The position numbers and the translations under genes are program-made. A stretch of 64,000 nt of DNA. Source: a virus. Taxonomy: Duplodnaviria > Caudoviricetes. Every line of letters begins with the position of its first letter. Position 1 is the first letter of the stretch. The stretch covers positions 77,281 through 141,280 of IMG/VR virus record IMGVR_UViG_2767802241_000002. One strand, written 5' to 3'. This document shows positions 10,007 through 19,398 of the stretch, piece after piece. The notes below the pieces were generated by a model. It saw nothing but the letters and a program-made list of their open reading frames with translations, had not been told where the DNA came from and made no database searches.

Positions 10007-12495
10007 TGGGCGGACTTTTTAAAGGTGCAACGATCAGCATGTCTGATACCCGCATTAACTCGATGCGGATTCAGCAATCAGCCTATGGTCTATGTCAGCC
10101 ACTGGTGTATGGTAAGACACGCATCACGGCTAATATGTTTTGGTACGGCGATTTCACTGCCATAGCACATACTACAACCACTAAATCGGGCGGTAAGGGC
10201 GGTAAAACCAAAACACGTAATACCACCTATACCTATAGCGCATCATTAATGCTGGGGCTATGTGAGAATCCAATTAAAGATATTGGTATCGTGTGGCGTA
10301 ATAAAGAACAATTGGTTGAAAAGCAAGAAAATGGAATTAAATTGCAGCCGATCGATCAACTTGGTTTTGAGTTGTTTGATGGCAAGAATAATTCTCGATG
10401 GGGTTATTTACAGACCAAACACCCCGATGAAGCACTGAATTATCCATATCTTGGCTATGTGGCCAGTGCCAATTACGACCTAGGTGATAGTGCAAGCCTC
10501 TCAAATCACACCTTTGAAGTGATTAGTACTATTACGCTTTCAGATACGATCCATGATGCTAATCCAGCTGATGTGATCAAAGACTTTATAACAAATCCGC
10601 AGTACGGCGCAGCGCCCAATATTAACATTGAAGATTTATCGGAATTTCGCACCTACTGTCGGGCTGCTAATTTATTGATTAGTCCTGCGTTTACGGAGCA
10701 GAACAAAGCAGCAGAAACCATTGATGAAATTGTTAATGCGGTAAATTGCGCCGTAGTGCCAAGCCCAGATGGTCTAAAAATTAAATCGTTTGGAGATAGC
10801 GCAATCACGGGAAATGGTGTGACATTCACGCCAGATCTAGCACCGGTCTATCACCTTACCGACGATGATTTTATCGGTGAAGACGAACCAATTAGAGTGC
10901 GCCGTAGCCGTGATACCGATGCTTATAACCACACTCAGATTGAGTATGTGAATCGTTACAACCAATACAACACTGAAACTGTAGAGGCTAAAGATCAGGC
11001 AAATATAGAAATGTTTGGCTTACGCACTGAAGATCCGGTGAAGCAAGCATTCTTTTGTGAGCCTAAGATCGCTAGACATGCCTGCCAGCTCCGCCTGCAG
11101 CGTTTGCTGTATGTGCGCAATGAGTACGAGTTTAAATTGGGGTGGAAATATTGCCGTCTTGAGCCAATGGATATCGTAACGCTCACAGATTGGGACATAG
11201 GGCTTAATCGCTTTCCTGTTCGCATAACTCGCGTAGAAGAAGATGATGAAGGCTTGCTGACAGTCACGGCTGAAGAATTAGCTATCGGCTCCAGATCTGC
11301 TGTTGAATACGATTTGCAATCGTCAAATGGATACCAAGGCGGTAATGAAGAGCCGGGAAATGTAAATGCGCCAGTAATCTTTGAGCCACCATTAGAGTTA
11401 ACCGGCGGCCAAAATGCGATTTATGTGGCTGTATCTGGTGGTATCAATTGGGGTGGTTGTAATGTTTGGGCCAGCTTAGATAATGCGACCTATGAAATGA
11501 TTGGCACTGTATACGGATCAGCACGTTACGGGTATCTCAAAGATGGGGTTGATGCTGAAGCAACCTCAATGCAAGTACAGTTAAATACTTCAGGACAGAT
11601 ATTTGGTGGGACTTTGGCTGATGCTCAAGTCGATGCAACGCTGTGCAAGCTCGGTGATGAGTATGTCAATTATCAACAGGCAACTTTAAATGGAGCGGGT
11701 TTATATACGCTAGATGGACTACTGCGTGGTCGTTTTGATGATGCGCAGGCACATAATACCGGTGAGTCATTTGTGCGTATCGATCGGGCCATCTTTGAGT
11801 ATTCAATCAATAGTAATTTAATTGGTAAGCGTATTTACTTGAAATTCACCAGCTTCAATGGTCTACAGCAAAAAGAGCAATCACTAGATGAGGTATCAGC
11901 ATATAGCTATACGGTTAAGGGTGGAAAACCTGCAGGTGTCAAAGGTTTATCCCTACAGTCGCCGTTTCTCGGTACGAGCTTTAAAGTGCAGTGGCTCAGT
12001 GCAACGGGTGCGATTGGTTACGCCGTGCAAGTCTGGTCGAATGGCCGGATGCTGCGAGAAGTGGACGCAGCAAACTTGGACTATAGCTACTCTATTGAGG
12101 AAGCGAAAGTCGACGGCATTGAGCGTTCATATGATATTCGTGTCGCCAGTAAGAATAGGGATGGCATAAGCAGCTACGCTGAGCTTTCAATTAGCAACCC
12201 AGTGCCAGATAAACTATTAAATGTTTATAGCTCGGCAACTAAGGATTCAGTAACTATAAGTTGGGTGCCAAGCGATGCACCGGATTTAAAGGATTATGAG
12301 GTTTGGATTAGTACAGATGCAAACTTTAATCCTGAACGAACTGCATCCGCGTGGATCGGTACTGCGACTACATGCACGATCAGCAATCTGCAATCAACCA
12401 CAACGTACTATGTGCGTGTAGCTGCACGTGACGTATGGAAAGCAACAACTTGGAATTATTCAGATCGGATTACACAATCTACAGCTGAGGCTTAG
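10006..12495 (+). CDS. Central tail fibre / host-specificity protein with C-terminal FN3 domains
   Basis: ATG at 10006 overlaps the upstream stop; 'P.VYG', 'NPAD', 'YYVRVAA' motifs. Confidence 0.85.
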   Translation: MGGLFKGATISMSDTRINSMRIQQSAYGLCQPLVYGKTRITANMFWYGDFTAIAHTTTTKSGGKGGKTKTRNTTYTYSASLMLGLCENPIKDIGIVWRNKEQLVEKQENGIKLQPIDQLGFELFDGKNNSRWGYLQTKHPDEALNYPYLGYVASANYDLGDSASLSNHTFEVISTITLSDTIHDANPADVIKDFITNPQYGAAPNINIEDLSEFRTYCRAANLLISPAFTEQNKAAETIDEIVNAVNCAVVPSPDGLKIKSFGDSAITGNGVTFTPDLAPVYHLTDDDFIGEDEPIRVRRSRDTDAYNHTQIEYVNRYNQYNTETVEAKDQANIEMFGLRTEDPVKQAFFCEPKIARHACQLRLQRLLYVRNEYEFKLGWKYCRLEPMDIVTLTDWDIGLNRFPVRITRVEEDDEGLLTVTAEELAIGSRSAVEYDLQSSNGYQGGNEEPGNVNAPVIFEPPLELTGGQNAIYVAVSGGINWGGCNVWASLDNATYEMIGTVYGSARYGYLKDGVDAEATSMQVQLNTSGQIFGGTLADAQVDATLCKLGDEYVNYQQATLNGAGLYTLDGLLRGRFDDAQAHNTGESFVRIDRAIFEYSINSNLIGKRIYLKFTSFNGLQQKEQSLDEVSAYSYTVKGGKPAGVKGLSLQSPFLGTSFKVQWLSATGAIGYAVQVWSNGRMLREVDAANLDYSYSIEEAKVDGIERSYDIRVASKNRDGISSYAELSISNPVPDKLLNVYSSATKDSVTISWVPSDAPDLKDYEVWISTDANFNPERTASAWIGTATTCTISNLQSTTTYYVRVAARDVWKATTWNYSDRITQSTAEA

Positions 12496-12511
12496 ATTTT
12501 TAGTTTCAACC

Positions 12512-12538
12512 AAAACCCACCACACGGTGGGTTTTTTT
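12512..12538 (+). terminator. Intrinsic terminator
   Basis: AAAACCCACC-ACAC-GGTGGGTTTTTTT. Confidence 0.7.
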
Positions 12539-12551
12539 ATGGGGTAATGAA

Positions 12552-15038
12552 ATGCCAATACCATCAAAAGAGCAAATGACTGGAAGCAATGTTTCCGAAT
12601 CGCAGTTTAAAAGTGGAATGGATAATATTGTTGATTATCTAAAAGATGCCGAACAAGAGAGTTTAATTCTAGATGAAGAAAGTCAGCTGAAGCTATTTAA
12701 GCCTACAGTTGGACGCCACGCCAAAACTTTAGATAGTGGAAAGGTCTGGCGCTGGGACGGCGCACGCTGGAATGATGCGGGGCTGAGTGATTTAGATTTG
12801 GCGAAAGATATTATCAACAACCCTGTTTTAGTATTTACAACATCAATTTCAGTTGACAGCGATGGCGTTGTAACTATTCCGTCTTTCTATGCAATGAAAG
12901 TCGGTGCTATGAAACTATATGATAGTGAATTCATTTTTGCACCAGAGGGATACGGATATGCTTATACTCTTTATTATAATTTCGATACGCATGAAATAAC
13001 ATTCTCGCAAGCAAGTGTTCGCCCGAAAAGTGGTAGTGAAACTTTGATCGGTGTTGCGTATCATGGCCGCTTCGCATCTGAATATGCTGTTAAGTATAAG
13101 AATGAAACAAATGTAATTCCCAAGCTATCTAATGAAGTGCTTAATGCACGTTTAGTTCCTGAGTTACCACTTGACTTTCTTTATGCATTTAATAGTCCAG
13201 ACAGTCCAGATTCCGCACCAGTTGTTGCTATTAACGACACAACGTTGCAGAGCCTTGGTATTCGACATGCTCAAAAGTTAGATCCGCTTGGAAAGCGTGG
13301 TGGTTTTGCACAAGTATCTTTGTTTGATCGCAAAATAAGAAACAGTATGCACTATATACTAGCTATTCTAGTTTGCGATCCTACGGGTGTATTTGACTTC
13401 GGTACGGGTGGTGGTGCAAGGGCGTATTTCGGAAAAGCAAGCGCAAACAACTCAGATTATGCAAACTTTAAAACATTAGATGCTAGAGAATTTGACTTCA
13501 ATCAGCTTAGCTCAACTGTACGATTATACTTTTCAGAGCAACGTAATGTTGTTCTAGATCAAGCTAAGTACCCTGACTCTTATATAAATAATAGTCTGAT
13601 TGGCGCACGTGTAGGCGCTGATGCTCCAAATGTAATGTACATCAGCGGGTACTGGATCTCATATACTGCTGACATTAAAGGCTACAAGTCTCAGATTTCA
13701 CTATCAGATACTTACTACCCGTCTTTTGAGCGCGTGAGTGATGCAACAATTCTGAGTTATTTGTATTTACGCAGTGTAAAAAATACTGCTGATGTATCAA
13801 AGATAAATAGTGAATTAAGAGGGTTAGAAGAGAAAAAGCAAGATAAGTTTACATCAACATTGCAAAGTCTTTATGCTGATTTACACAATCCATTGATGTC
13901 TGTGAATATTAAGTTAGTTGGTGACTCAATCACATGGGGGACAGGTGCAAGCAATGTTTCTGCATCATCCCCACGAACAGGGAGGTTAACTGATCCACGA
14001 AATACCACAGACCCAAAAAGCCCAACTTGGGCTAACTTATTGCGCCAGTATTTGGTAACCACGTTTACAGATGGGCAGTTGATAGAAGATGCACCAGGTA
14101 GTGCGTATGGTGAAAGTGAAAATATAATTATTCTCTCTAAAGATGCAAATCTATTCAAATTTGCAAATCCTAATAAAACTGTAAAATTTACAACGGAATA
14201 TATAAGAACGTTAATCAAAGGTGCAGCAGTAGATAGCAAGGAATATTTAGATATTGTTCCACCAACTTATCCATCAAATTATCCTTCTGAATTTTCATTT
14301 GAAATGAATGGTTCGGGTTTTAAGATTGTTTTGGCTAAATTCGCAACAGGTACACCAGAGACATATTTTGCGAATGTTTATATTGATGGCGTTCTGCATA
14401 AAAAGATTGAGCTTACTGCTGATACAACTGCATTTAATTATGAAGAAGTTATAACACTACCAAATAACGGTAAGCATTTAATTACGATCAAAAATGAAAG
14501 TTCAATAATGAGTGCTATGCGTATTCAGAATATAGTTGTCAAAAAATCTGTAAAAGTAAGTAATGACGGAATTATTGGAAGTACGACAAAATCCTGGTTA
14601 GAACGTGTCAAGTTATCTGAGTCAATTAAACATAATGATGATTATGTATTTGTGCAGCTTGGTACAAATAACCGTGGATATGGTAGTGCTAATGATTATT
14701 CACTAAACTCTTTTTCAACTGAACTTCGAAAAATTGTTGATGATATAGATACATTATCAAACGGCAATGCAAAAGTTATTCTAATGTGTGCTAACGCGGT
14801 CACATTAAATGACTATCCGACGTCAGAAAATAATCAACATAGTTCAATGAAAACAATCAACTCAGCAATTAAGCAAATCGCTGATGAAAAGAAATTAAGC
14901 TTTATTAGTAATTATGAAGCAACCCAGCAATTGAAGCTTGATAAAGTTGATTTCTTAAAAGATGGATTGCATCCGAATGATTACGGCTATCGAGTGATGT
15001 TTGAGAATATAAAGCGAAATATTGTTGATCAAAAATAG
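12552..15038 (+). CDS. Tailspike-like protein with SGNH/GDSL esterase domain
   Basis: VGDSITWG, QLGTNN and DGLHPN blocks; phage-type N-terminal anchor; AT-rich. Confidence 0.8.
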   Translation: MPIPSKEQMTGSNVSESQFKSGMDNIVDYLKDAEQESLILDEESQLKLFKPTVGRHAKTLDSGKVWRWDGARWNDAGLSDLDLAKDIINNPVLVFTTSISVDSDGVVTIPSFYAMKVGAMKLYDSEFIFAPEGYGYAYTLYYNFDTHEITFSQASVRPKSGSETLIGVAYHGRFASEYAVKYKNETNVIPKLSNEVLNARLVPELPLDFLYAFNSPDSPDSAPVVAINDTTLQSLGIRHAQKLDPLGKRGGFAQVSLFDRKIRNSMHYILAILVCDPTGVFDFGTGGGARAYFGKASANNSDYANFKTLDAREFDFNQLSSTVRLYFSEQRNVVLDQAKYPDSYINNSLIGARVGADAPNVMYISGYWISYTADIKGYKSQISLSDTYYPSFERVSDATILSYLYLRSVKNTADVSKINSELRGLEEKKQDKFTSTLQSLYADLHNPLMSVNIKLVGDSITWGTGASNVSASSPRTGRLTDPRNTTDPKSPTWANLLRQYLVTTFTDGQLIEDAPGSAYGESENIIILSKDANLFKFANPNKTVKFTTEYIRTLIKGAAVDSKEYLDIVPPTYPSNYPSEFSFEMNGSGFKIVLAKFATGTPETYFANVYIDGVLHKKIELTADTTAFNYEEVITLPNNGKHLITIKNESSIMSAMRIQNIVVKKSVKVSNDGIIGSTTKSWLERVKLSESIKHNDDYVFVQLGTNNRGYGSANDYSLNSFSTELRKIVDDIDTLSNGNAKVILMCANAVTLNDYPTSENNQHSSMKTINSAIKQIADEKKLSFISNYEATQQLKLDKVDFLKDGLHPNDYGYRVMFENIKRNIVDQK

Positions 15039-15085
15039 TATGGCGCATATAGCGTCTTTTTTTACGTCTAAATTCAGGAAAGATC

Positions 15086-15370
15086 ATGTCTGAAAACAGT
15101 AGTGTTGTCGTCGAAACGGCGTCAGCAGCAGTAACTTCTTTGTCCTCAAAAACTGCAATGGTCGGCGGCAGTGTCGGCTTTGTTGCATGGTTTGCATCAC
15201 TTGATTGGATTGCAATAGTCAGTATCTGCGTTGCAGTTGTTGGTGGTGTAATCAGCGTTTGCAATTTCTTTGTAAATCTCAAATATCAACGTCAAAAAAA
15301 TAAACGTGAGCAGGAGATTCATGAGCTCACAAAGCGAAAACTGGAAGGGGATTGCAATGTCAAAAAGTAA
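15086..15370 (+). CDS. Holin
   Basis: Two hydrophobic segments and a basic C-terminus; precedes the endolysin; nearly identical to 60671..60952. Confidence 0.8.
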   Translation: MSENSSVVVETASAAVTSLSSKTAMVGGSVGFVAWFASLDWIAIVSICVAVVGGVISVCNFFVNLKYQRQKNKREQEIHELTKRKLEGDCNVKK

Positions 15371-15902
15371 ATATCTCATTGCTGGAACACTAGCCGCCTC
15401 GCTTACCGCAGGCGGTTTTTTTATATCTGGTGTAAGTGATCAGCAGGTGCAAGAGACTGCAAAAGCAGAAGGGTTCACAGCAAAGCCAATTATTCCAGTA
15501 AAAGGGGATGTGCCCACGATTGGTCACGGCACGACAAAATACCCTAATGGGGTACGAGTTAAAATGTCAGATCCAGAAATTACACGTAAGCAAGCGCATG
15601 AATACTTGAAAACACATATAAATCAGGAAGCCAGAGGGTTTAACAATTCATTAAATGGGGTGAAGGTGTCTCAGGCAGAGTACGACCTTTATATGGACTT
15701 TGTTTACAACTTCGGTATTGGTAACTGGCAATCATCATCAATGCTTCGCAACTTGAAAGCAGGACAATATACGCAAGCCTGTAAGTCGCTTTTGCTATAC
15801 AAGTTTTCGTCTGGTCGTAACTGTTCTATTCGCTCGAATGGCTGCTATGGCGTCTGGACCCGACAAGTCGATCGGCATAAGAAATGCTTGGAGGCACAAT
15901 GA
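15357..15902 (+). CDS. Endolysin, GH24 lysozyme with SAR-like N-terminus
   Basis: E-X8..9-D-X..T triad (EGFTAKPIIPVKGDVPTIGHGT); Gly/Ala-rich N-terminal segment. Confidence 0.85.
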   Translation: MSKSKYLIAGTLAASLTAGGFFISGVSDQQVQETAKAEGFTAKPIIPVKGDVPTIGHGTTKYPNGVRVKMSDPEITRKQAHEYLKTHINQEARGFNNSLNGVKVSQAEYDLYMDFVYNFGIGNWQSSSMLRNLKAGQYTQACKSLLLYKFSSGRNCSIRSNGCYGVWTRQVDRHKKCLEAQ

Positions 15903-16384
15903 ACTGGTACCTGATTTGGAAATACAAACACTGGATCGCAATCGCGGTCCTTTCTTTTATGTACCTTGGGCAAGTGGCTTATACCAATCATTTAGGTGGT
16001 GAGTTGCGTACGGCCGAGGCAAAACATCAAGCTTATATCGATAACCAAGAAAAACTGTTAGTGCTGGCACGGGCCGATGCTGCTGTTAAAGAAAAGCAAT
16101 GGTCTGAACAACTGTTAAAAGCGGAGAGAAATTACAATGTTCGAATTAAACAAATCGCTGCTGATGCTGCTAGTGCTCAGTCCGCTGCTGACAGCTTGTC
16201 AAAGCAACTCGATACAGCCAAAAGCCGTATGTCCACAGCTCCCCGTGAGACCATCATTAAGTACGTCAATACCAGCTCAGACATACTTAAAGAGTGTGTC
16301 GCTGAATATCGAACGCTGGCAGAAGCAGCTGACGGGCACGCAGCTGATGCAAAGCGATTAATCGATGCTTGGCCTTCGGAGTAA
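15899..16384 (+). CDS. i-spanin (Rz-like)
   Basis: N-terminal TM segment then coiled coil; follows the endolysin. Confidence 0.8.
   Translation: MNWYLIWKYKHWIAIAVLSFMYLGQVAYTNHLGGELRTAEAKHQAYIDNQEKLLVLARADAAVKEKQWSEQLLKAERNYNVRIKQIAADAASAQSAADSLSKQLDTAKSRMSTAPRETIIKYVNTSSDILKECVAEYRTLAEAADGHAADAKRLIDAWPSE
16137..16361 (+). CDS. o-spanin (Rz1-like), nested in Rz
   Basis: LLTA-C lipobox, Pro-rich, in an alternative frame within Rz. Confidence 0.75.
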   Translation: MFELNKSLLMLLVLSPLLTACQSNSIQPKAVCPQLPVRPSLSTSIPAQTYLKSVSLNIERWQKQLTGTQLMQSD

Positions 16385-16397
16385 TGGTTTTGATTAT

Positions 16398-17576
16398 TTA
16401 GTATTTCTGCAAAGTTAATAACCATTGTGATATTGATGTTTTAGCGATCCCTAACATTAATTCGTATGTAGGGGTCACTAATTTCTCAATGGTTTTATCC
16501 TGAGTTTCAGAAAATTGTATAGTTTCAAAAAATTTATTGTAAATTGATTGTGGGTCTGTATGGGGTGGTTGTTTACCTGCGTGCACAAAGCCGCTTCTAT
16601 AAGCATATGTCTTTTTGATGATAGATATCAGATCATTTTTTTGCATTTTTGAAGGGTGAAATTCAGATGATGAGTCATATGGATATTCATTCCAATCATA
16701 TCTTGAGATAACTATATTCTCCCAAATTTCAGGGGGAGCAAATTCAAAAATAAAATCAGTAAAGATATCAGTCAAAGCTTTCTTGTCATTTGCATGTCTA
16801 ATTCTTTTATATTCTGCAAATAATTCCTCGAGTGATGGATCGCCTTTAGTTAGTTCTTGCCAGTGACTTTCTTTAAGCCTTGTATCAATGTTACGTTCAA
16901 CTTTTAGACTGTTTTTGTTGTTCTGAGCAACAGCCTCAATAGCTGAAATCAATAATAAATATGCTAAACCAAAATCGTCTCTTTTAAAAACCAGAGATAA
17001 TTGAAGTAACCGTATAGACTGAAGAAAAATTACATAGTTCTTTTCGCTAATGGTTTTTAAATTTTCAATAAGTTCATTTAATTCGAGTATAAAACAATCC
17101 TCTTCATCTGTTTTAAGTAAGCTGATATGAGCTCCTGGGCCAGCTGCTAAGAATGGAAGAGTTAATGCAACTTCATCGATACAGTGCTGTGGAATATTAT
17201 TAATGTCATTAAACTCTAATCCGTAGCCATTTCGTGGGCTTTTAACTGGGGTTAGCGTCACAAAACTGACTAATGTACTAAGAATTTCTCCAAACAGATG
17301 TGGTTGTGTGGATAGTTTATTTAATATCCAATTAGGATTTTCAAGAAAACTAAAAAGCGATTTATAAGAAGCAGGAAGACTAATACTTATACTTGGTTGA
17401 ATGGTGAAATCCGCAAGTTTCCAAGGTTTACTTATTTCAAAAGTTGTGCTTATACAACTAAATGATGGTTGTTTTTCACCAAATTGGAATTCCTGATTCT
17501 TGTTGTATAAATCTGATCGCAAGTAGTATAAACACTCTTCGAACAAAACATGGTCTGCTAATACAAATCTAGGCAT
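16398..17576 (-). CDS. HEPN-domain protein (ApeA-like), candidate defence RNase
   Basis: 'LAYLLLISAIEAVA' helix and 'YAYRSGFVHAG' RxxxxH motif; AT-rich; opposite strand after the lysis genes. Confidence 0.65.
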   Translation of the reverse strand: MPRFVLADHVLFEECLYYLRSDLYNKNQEFQFGEKQPSFSCISTTFEISKPWKLADFTIQPSISISLPASYKSLFSFLENPNWILNKLSTQPHLFGEILSTLVSFVTLTPVKSPRNGYGLEFNDINNIPQHCIDEVALTLPFLAAGPGAHISLLKTDEEDCFILELNELIENLKTISEKNYVIFLQSIRLLQLSLVFKRDDFGLAYLLLISAIEAVAQNNKNSLKVERNIDTRLKESHWQELTKGDPSLEELFAEYKRIRHANDKKALTDIFTDFIFEFAPPEIWENIVISRYDWNEYPYDSSSEFHPSKMQKNDLISIIKKTYAYRSGFVHAGKQPPHTDPQSIYNKFFETIQFSETQDKTIEKLVTPTYELMLGIAKTSISQWLLTLQKY

Positions 17577-17945
17577 ATTCTAACTAACCTTAATTAAAAC
17601 AATCAGAAGGGTAACATGATAATTTAAAATATGTATGACGGTTTGAGATTAGCGTACGATGTTGTCACCTAATTTTGTTGTTGTAAATAATGTGGTAGTT
17701 TACGACAGGTTTCTTGACAGCTTATAATTCTAGATAGTGATACACTATCAAAAATAAAACATAACATATTGAAAAACATGAATATAAAAATAATAGAGTT
17801 TAATAGCAATTCATTGAAACGGGTTCAACTCCCATCACCCCTTAAATTTATCCCTGCATCTTTCCTGGTTAGGATTCATTTTTAATATTCCGCATTTTTC
17901 CACATGTATTAACCTAACTATATGATATTTATTTTAATAATTTCC

Positions 17946-17961
17946 CCGACCCTCGGGACCA
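17946..17961 (+). other. tRNA 3'-end-like fragment, candidate attR of prophage A
   Basis: CCGAC-CCTCGGG-A-CCA reads as T-stem 3' strand, acceptor strand and ACCA; followed by a strong terminator. Confidence 0.45.
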
Positions 17962-17984
17962 AGATTCAGAATCTTAGATTCTAT

Positions 17985-18020
17985 AAAAAACCCCAAGCAT
18001 ATAAGCCTTGGGGTTTTTTT
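17985..18020. terminator. Bidirectional intrinsic terminator
   Basis: AAAAAACCCCAAG...CTTGGGGTTTTTTT. Confidence 0.75.
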
Positions 18021-18059
18021 ATTGTCTAAATTTAAAGGCAGTGAAAAGCAGTCTACGTT

Positions 18060-18257
18060 GCTGACAGCTTGTCAAAGCAACTCAGTGAAGCCCAACGCCG
18101 TGTGCCCACAGCTACCACCAAAACCATCGTTGAATACATCGATGCCAGCGCAGACGTACTCAAAGCGTGCGTCGCTGAATATCGAACAGTGGCAGAAGCA
18201 GCTGACGGACACGCAGCTGATGCACGGCGATTGAGTGAGGGGTGGCCAATAGATTAG
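18060..18257 (+). pseudogene. 5'-truncated Rz/Rz1 spanin remnant
   Basis: Nearly identical to 61742-61925 of prophage C; lacks the TM segment and the signal peptide before the Rz1 lipobox. Confidence 0.85.
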
Positions 18258-18340
18258 GCCACTCTAAATTTACACAACAAAATTGAGACTTGTATTTGAT
18301 TATGATAAAAATATGCAAAATATTTTAGAAAAGAAGAACG

Positions 18341-18859
18341 ATGAAAGGTTTTGCAATTCATAATGCCCCAACGGATCACGGCGGTTTAATTCCATCGACT
18401 CAGGTTAGAAGCTCACAGCAAGGCAATTTATTTGTACGTGCTGGTGATGGTCATTTTTGCCCTAAGTGTAAATGCTGGTCTACAGTAATCAAAAGCCACG
18501 ATCTCATAATCTTTGATGGTAAGGCTGTGGCTTATGCAGGGGACAAGTTAACTTGCGGTGCAACTATTCAACCACAGCAATCTCATGTTGTGGGAGATAG
18601 TGGAGGGGTTAATTATACTGGTGTTGACAATTTAAAAGTGGAAATTTTAAGTTACTCTGATAAATATCAGCTTTTAGATGAAAGTACATCTGAGCCACTT
18701 ATTAATCAGCATTATAAAATTTATAGAGAAAGTGGGGATATTATAGAAGGAAAGACTGATAATAATGGTTATACACAAAATATTTTAAATGACAACAATG
18801 CTGAGGTGGTTACAATTGAGGTTGTTGGGGGTGATGTGGATTTAAAGGATTTATTATAA
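18341..18859 (+). CDS. PAAR-domain protein with C-terminal extension
   Basis: 'TDHGG...GD.H.CPKC...A.AGD.LTCGA'; extension with 'Y.I....G....G.TD.NGYT'. Confidence 0.85.
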   Translation: MKGFAIHNAPTDHGGLIPSTQVRSSQQGNLFVRAGDGHFCPKCKCWSTVIKSHDLIIFDGKAVAYAGDKLTCGATIQPQQSHVVGDSGGVNYTGVDNLKVEILSYSDKYQLLDESTSEPLINQHYKIYRESGDIIEGKTDNNGYTQNILNDNNAEVVTIEVVGGDVDLKDLL

Positions 18860-19398
18860 TGAAAATATCGAGAACTTTAAGGCCGGATAATAGAGAAAAA
18901 GAACCTGTTAAAATTTTAGTTAAAACAAGATACCGAATATACATTATTTTAAATAATAATTTTATAATTACTGGTACTCATGCAGGAATGTTATTAATAA
19001 GCCCAAAAGGATATGAGCTATATGACCCAAACGGTAATTTTCACTATGAAGGTATTGCAGAAGGCACAATGCGCGTTTTCCCAGTAGATATCACTGACCA
19101 TAAAACTCAAAAAGACATTTTTAAAAAATATTTAGATTTTCAGCATGTTGAAGGTGAAGACGTTTATATCTATACATTTCATGTAAGTAAAAATGAGTTT
19201 GATGAGGTACAAAAAAGAATTTATGATCAAGTGAGATGTGGAGGTTCTTTTAGTTGTACCAAATGTGTATCAAATGCCGTTGCTGGGATTGGTGTGTTTA
19301 AGAGTATAGATCAAGATGTTTTTTTACCATCCTCACTCAAAAGACAGCTGGATAAAATATCAACACCCATAAGAATTGCAAGGAATACAAATGAATAA
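18859..19398 (+). CDS. Putative effector, possibly a permuted papain-like enzyme
   Basis: Translationally coupled to PAAR; 'GTHAG..I....YDPNG' before 'SC...VS', i.e. His before Cys. Confidence 0.5.
   Translation: MKISRTLRPDNREKEPVKILVKTRYRIYIILNNNFIITGTHAGMLLISPKGYELYDPNGNFHYEGIAEGTMRVFPVDITDHKTQKDIFKKYLDFQHVEGEDVYIYTFHVSKNEFDEVQKRIYDQVRCGGSFSCTKCVSNAVAGIGVFKSIDQDVFLPSSLKRQLDKISTPIRIARNTNE

Larger units (their letters stand above)
1..17961 (+). mobile_element. Prophage A, right part (non-contractile tail, lysis, cargo)
   Basis: Co-oriented neck, tail tube, tape measure, tail tip, tailspike, holin, endolysin and spanin genes; no sheath gene. Ends near a tRNA-3'-end-like sequence and terminator at ~17.95-18.02 kb. 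Confidence 0.9.

Noticed and set aside
103-15379. Many reverse-strand and off-frame ORFs in the track (e.g. 4928..5338, 13871..14239, 14905..15282)
   Set aside because: Shadows of well-supported phage genes with no motifs. The 14905/60604 pair is similar only because the holins are.
18022-18234. Intact o-spanin gene in element B
   Set aside because: The N-terminus comes from unrelated junction DNA and has no signal peptide; it is a truncated remnant.
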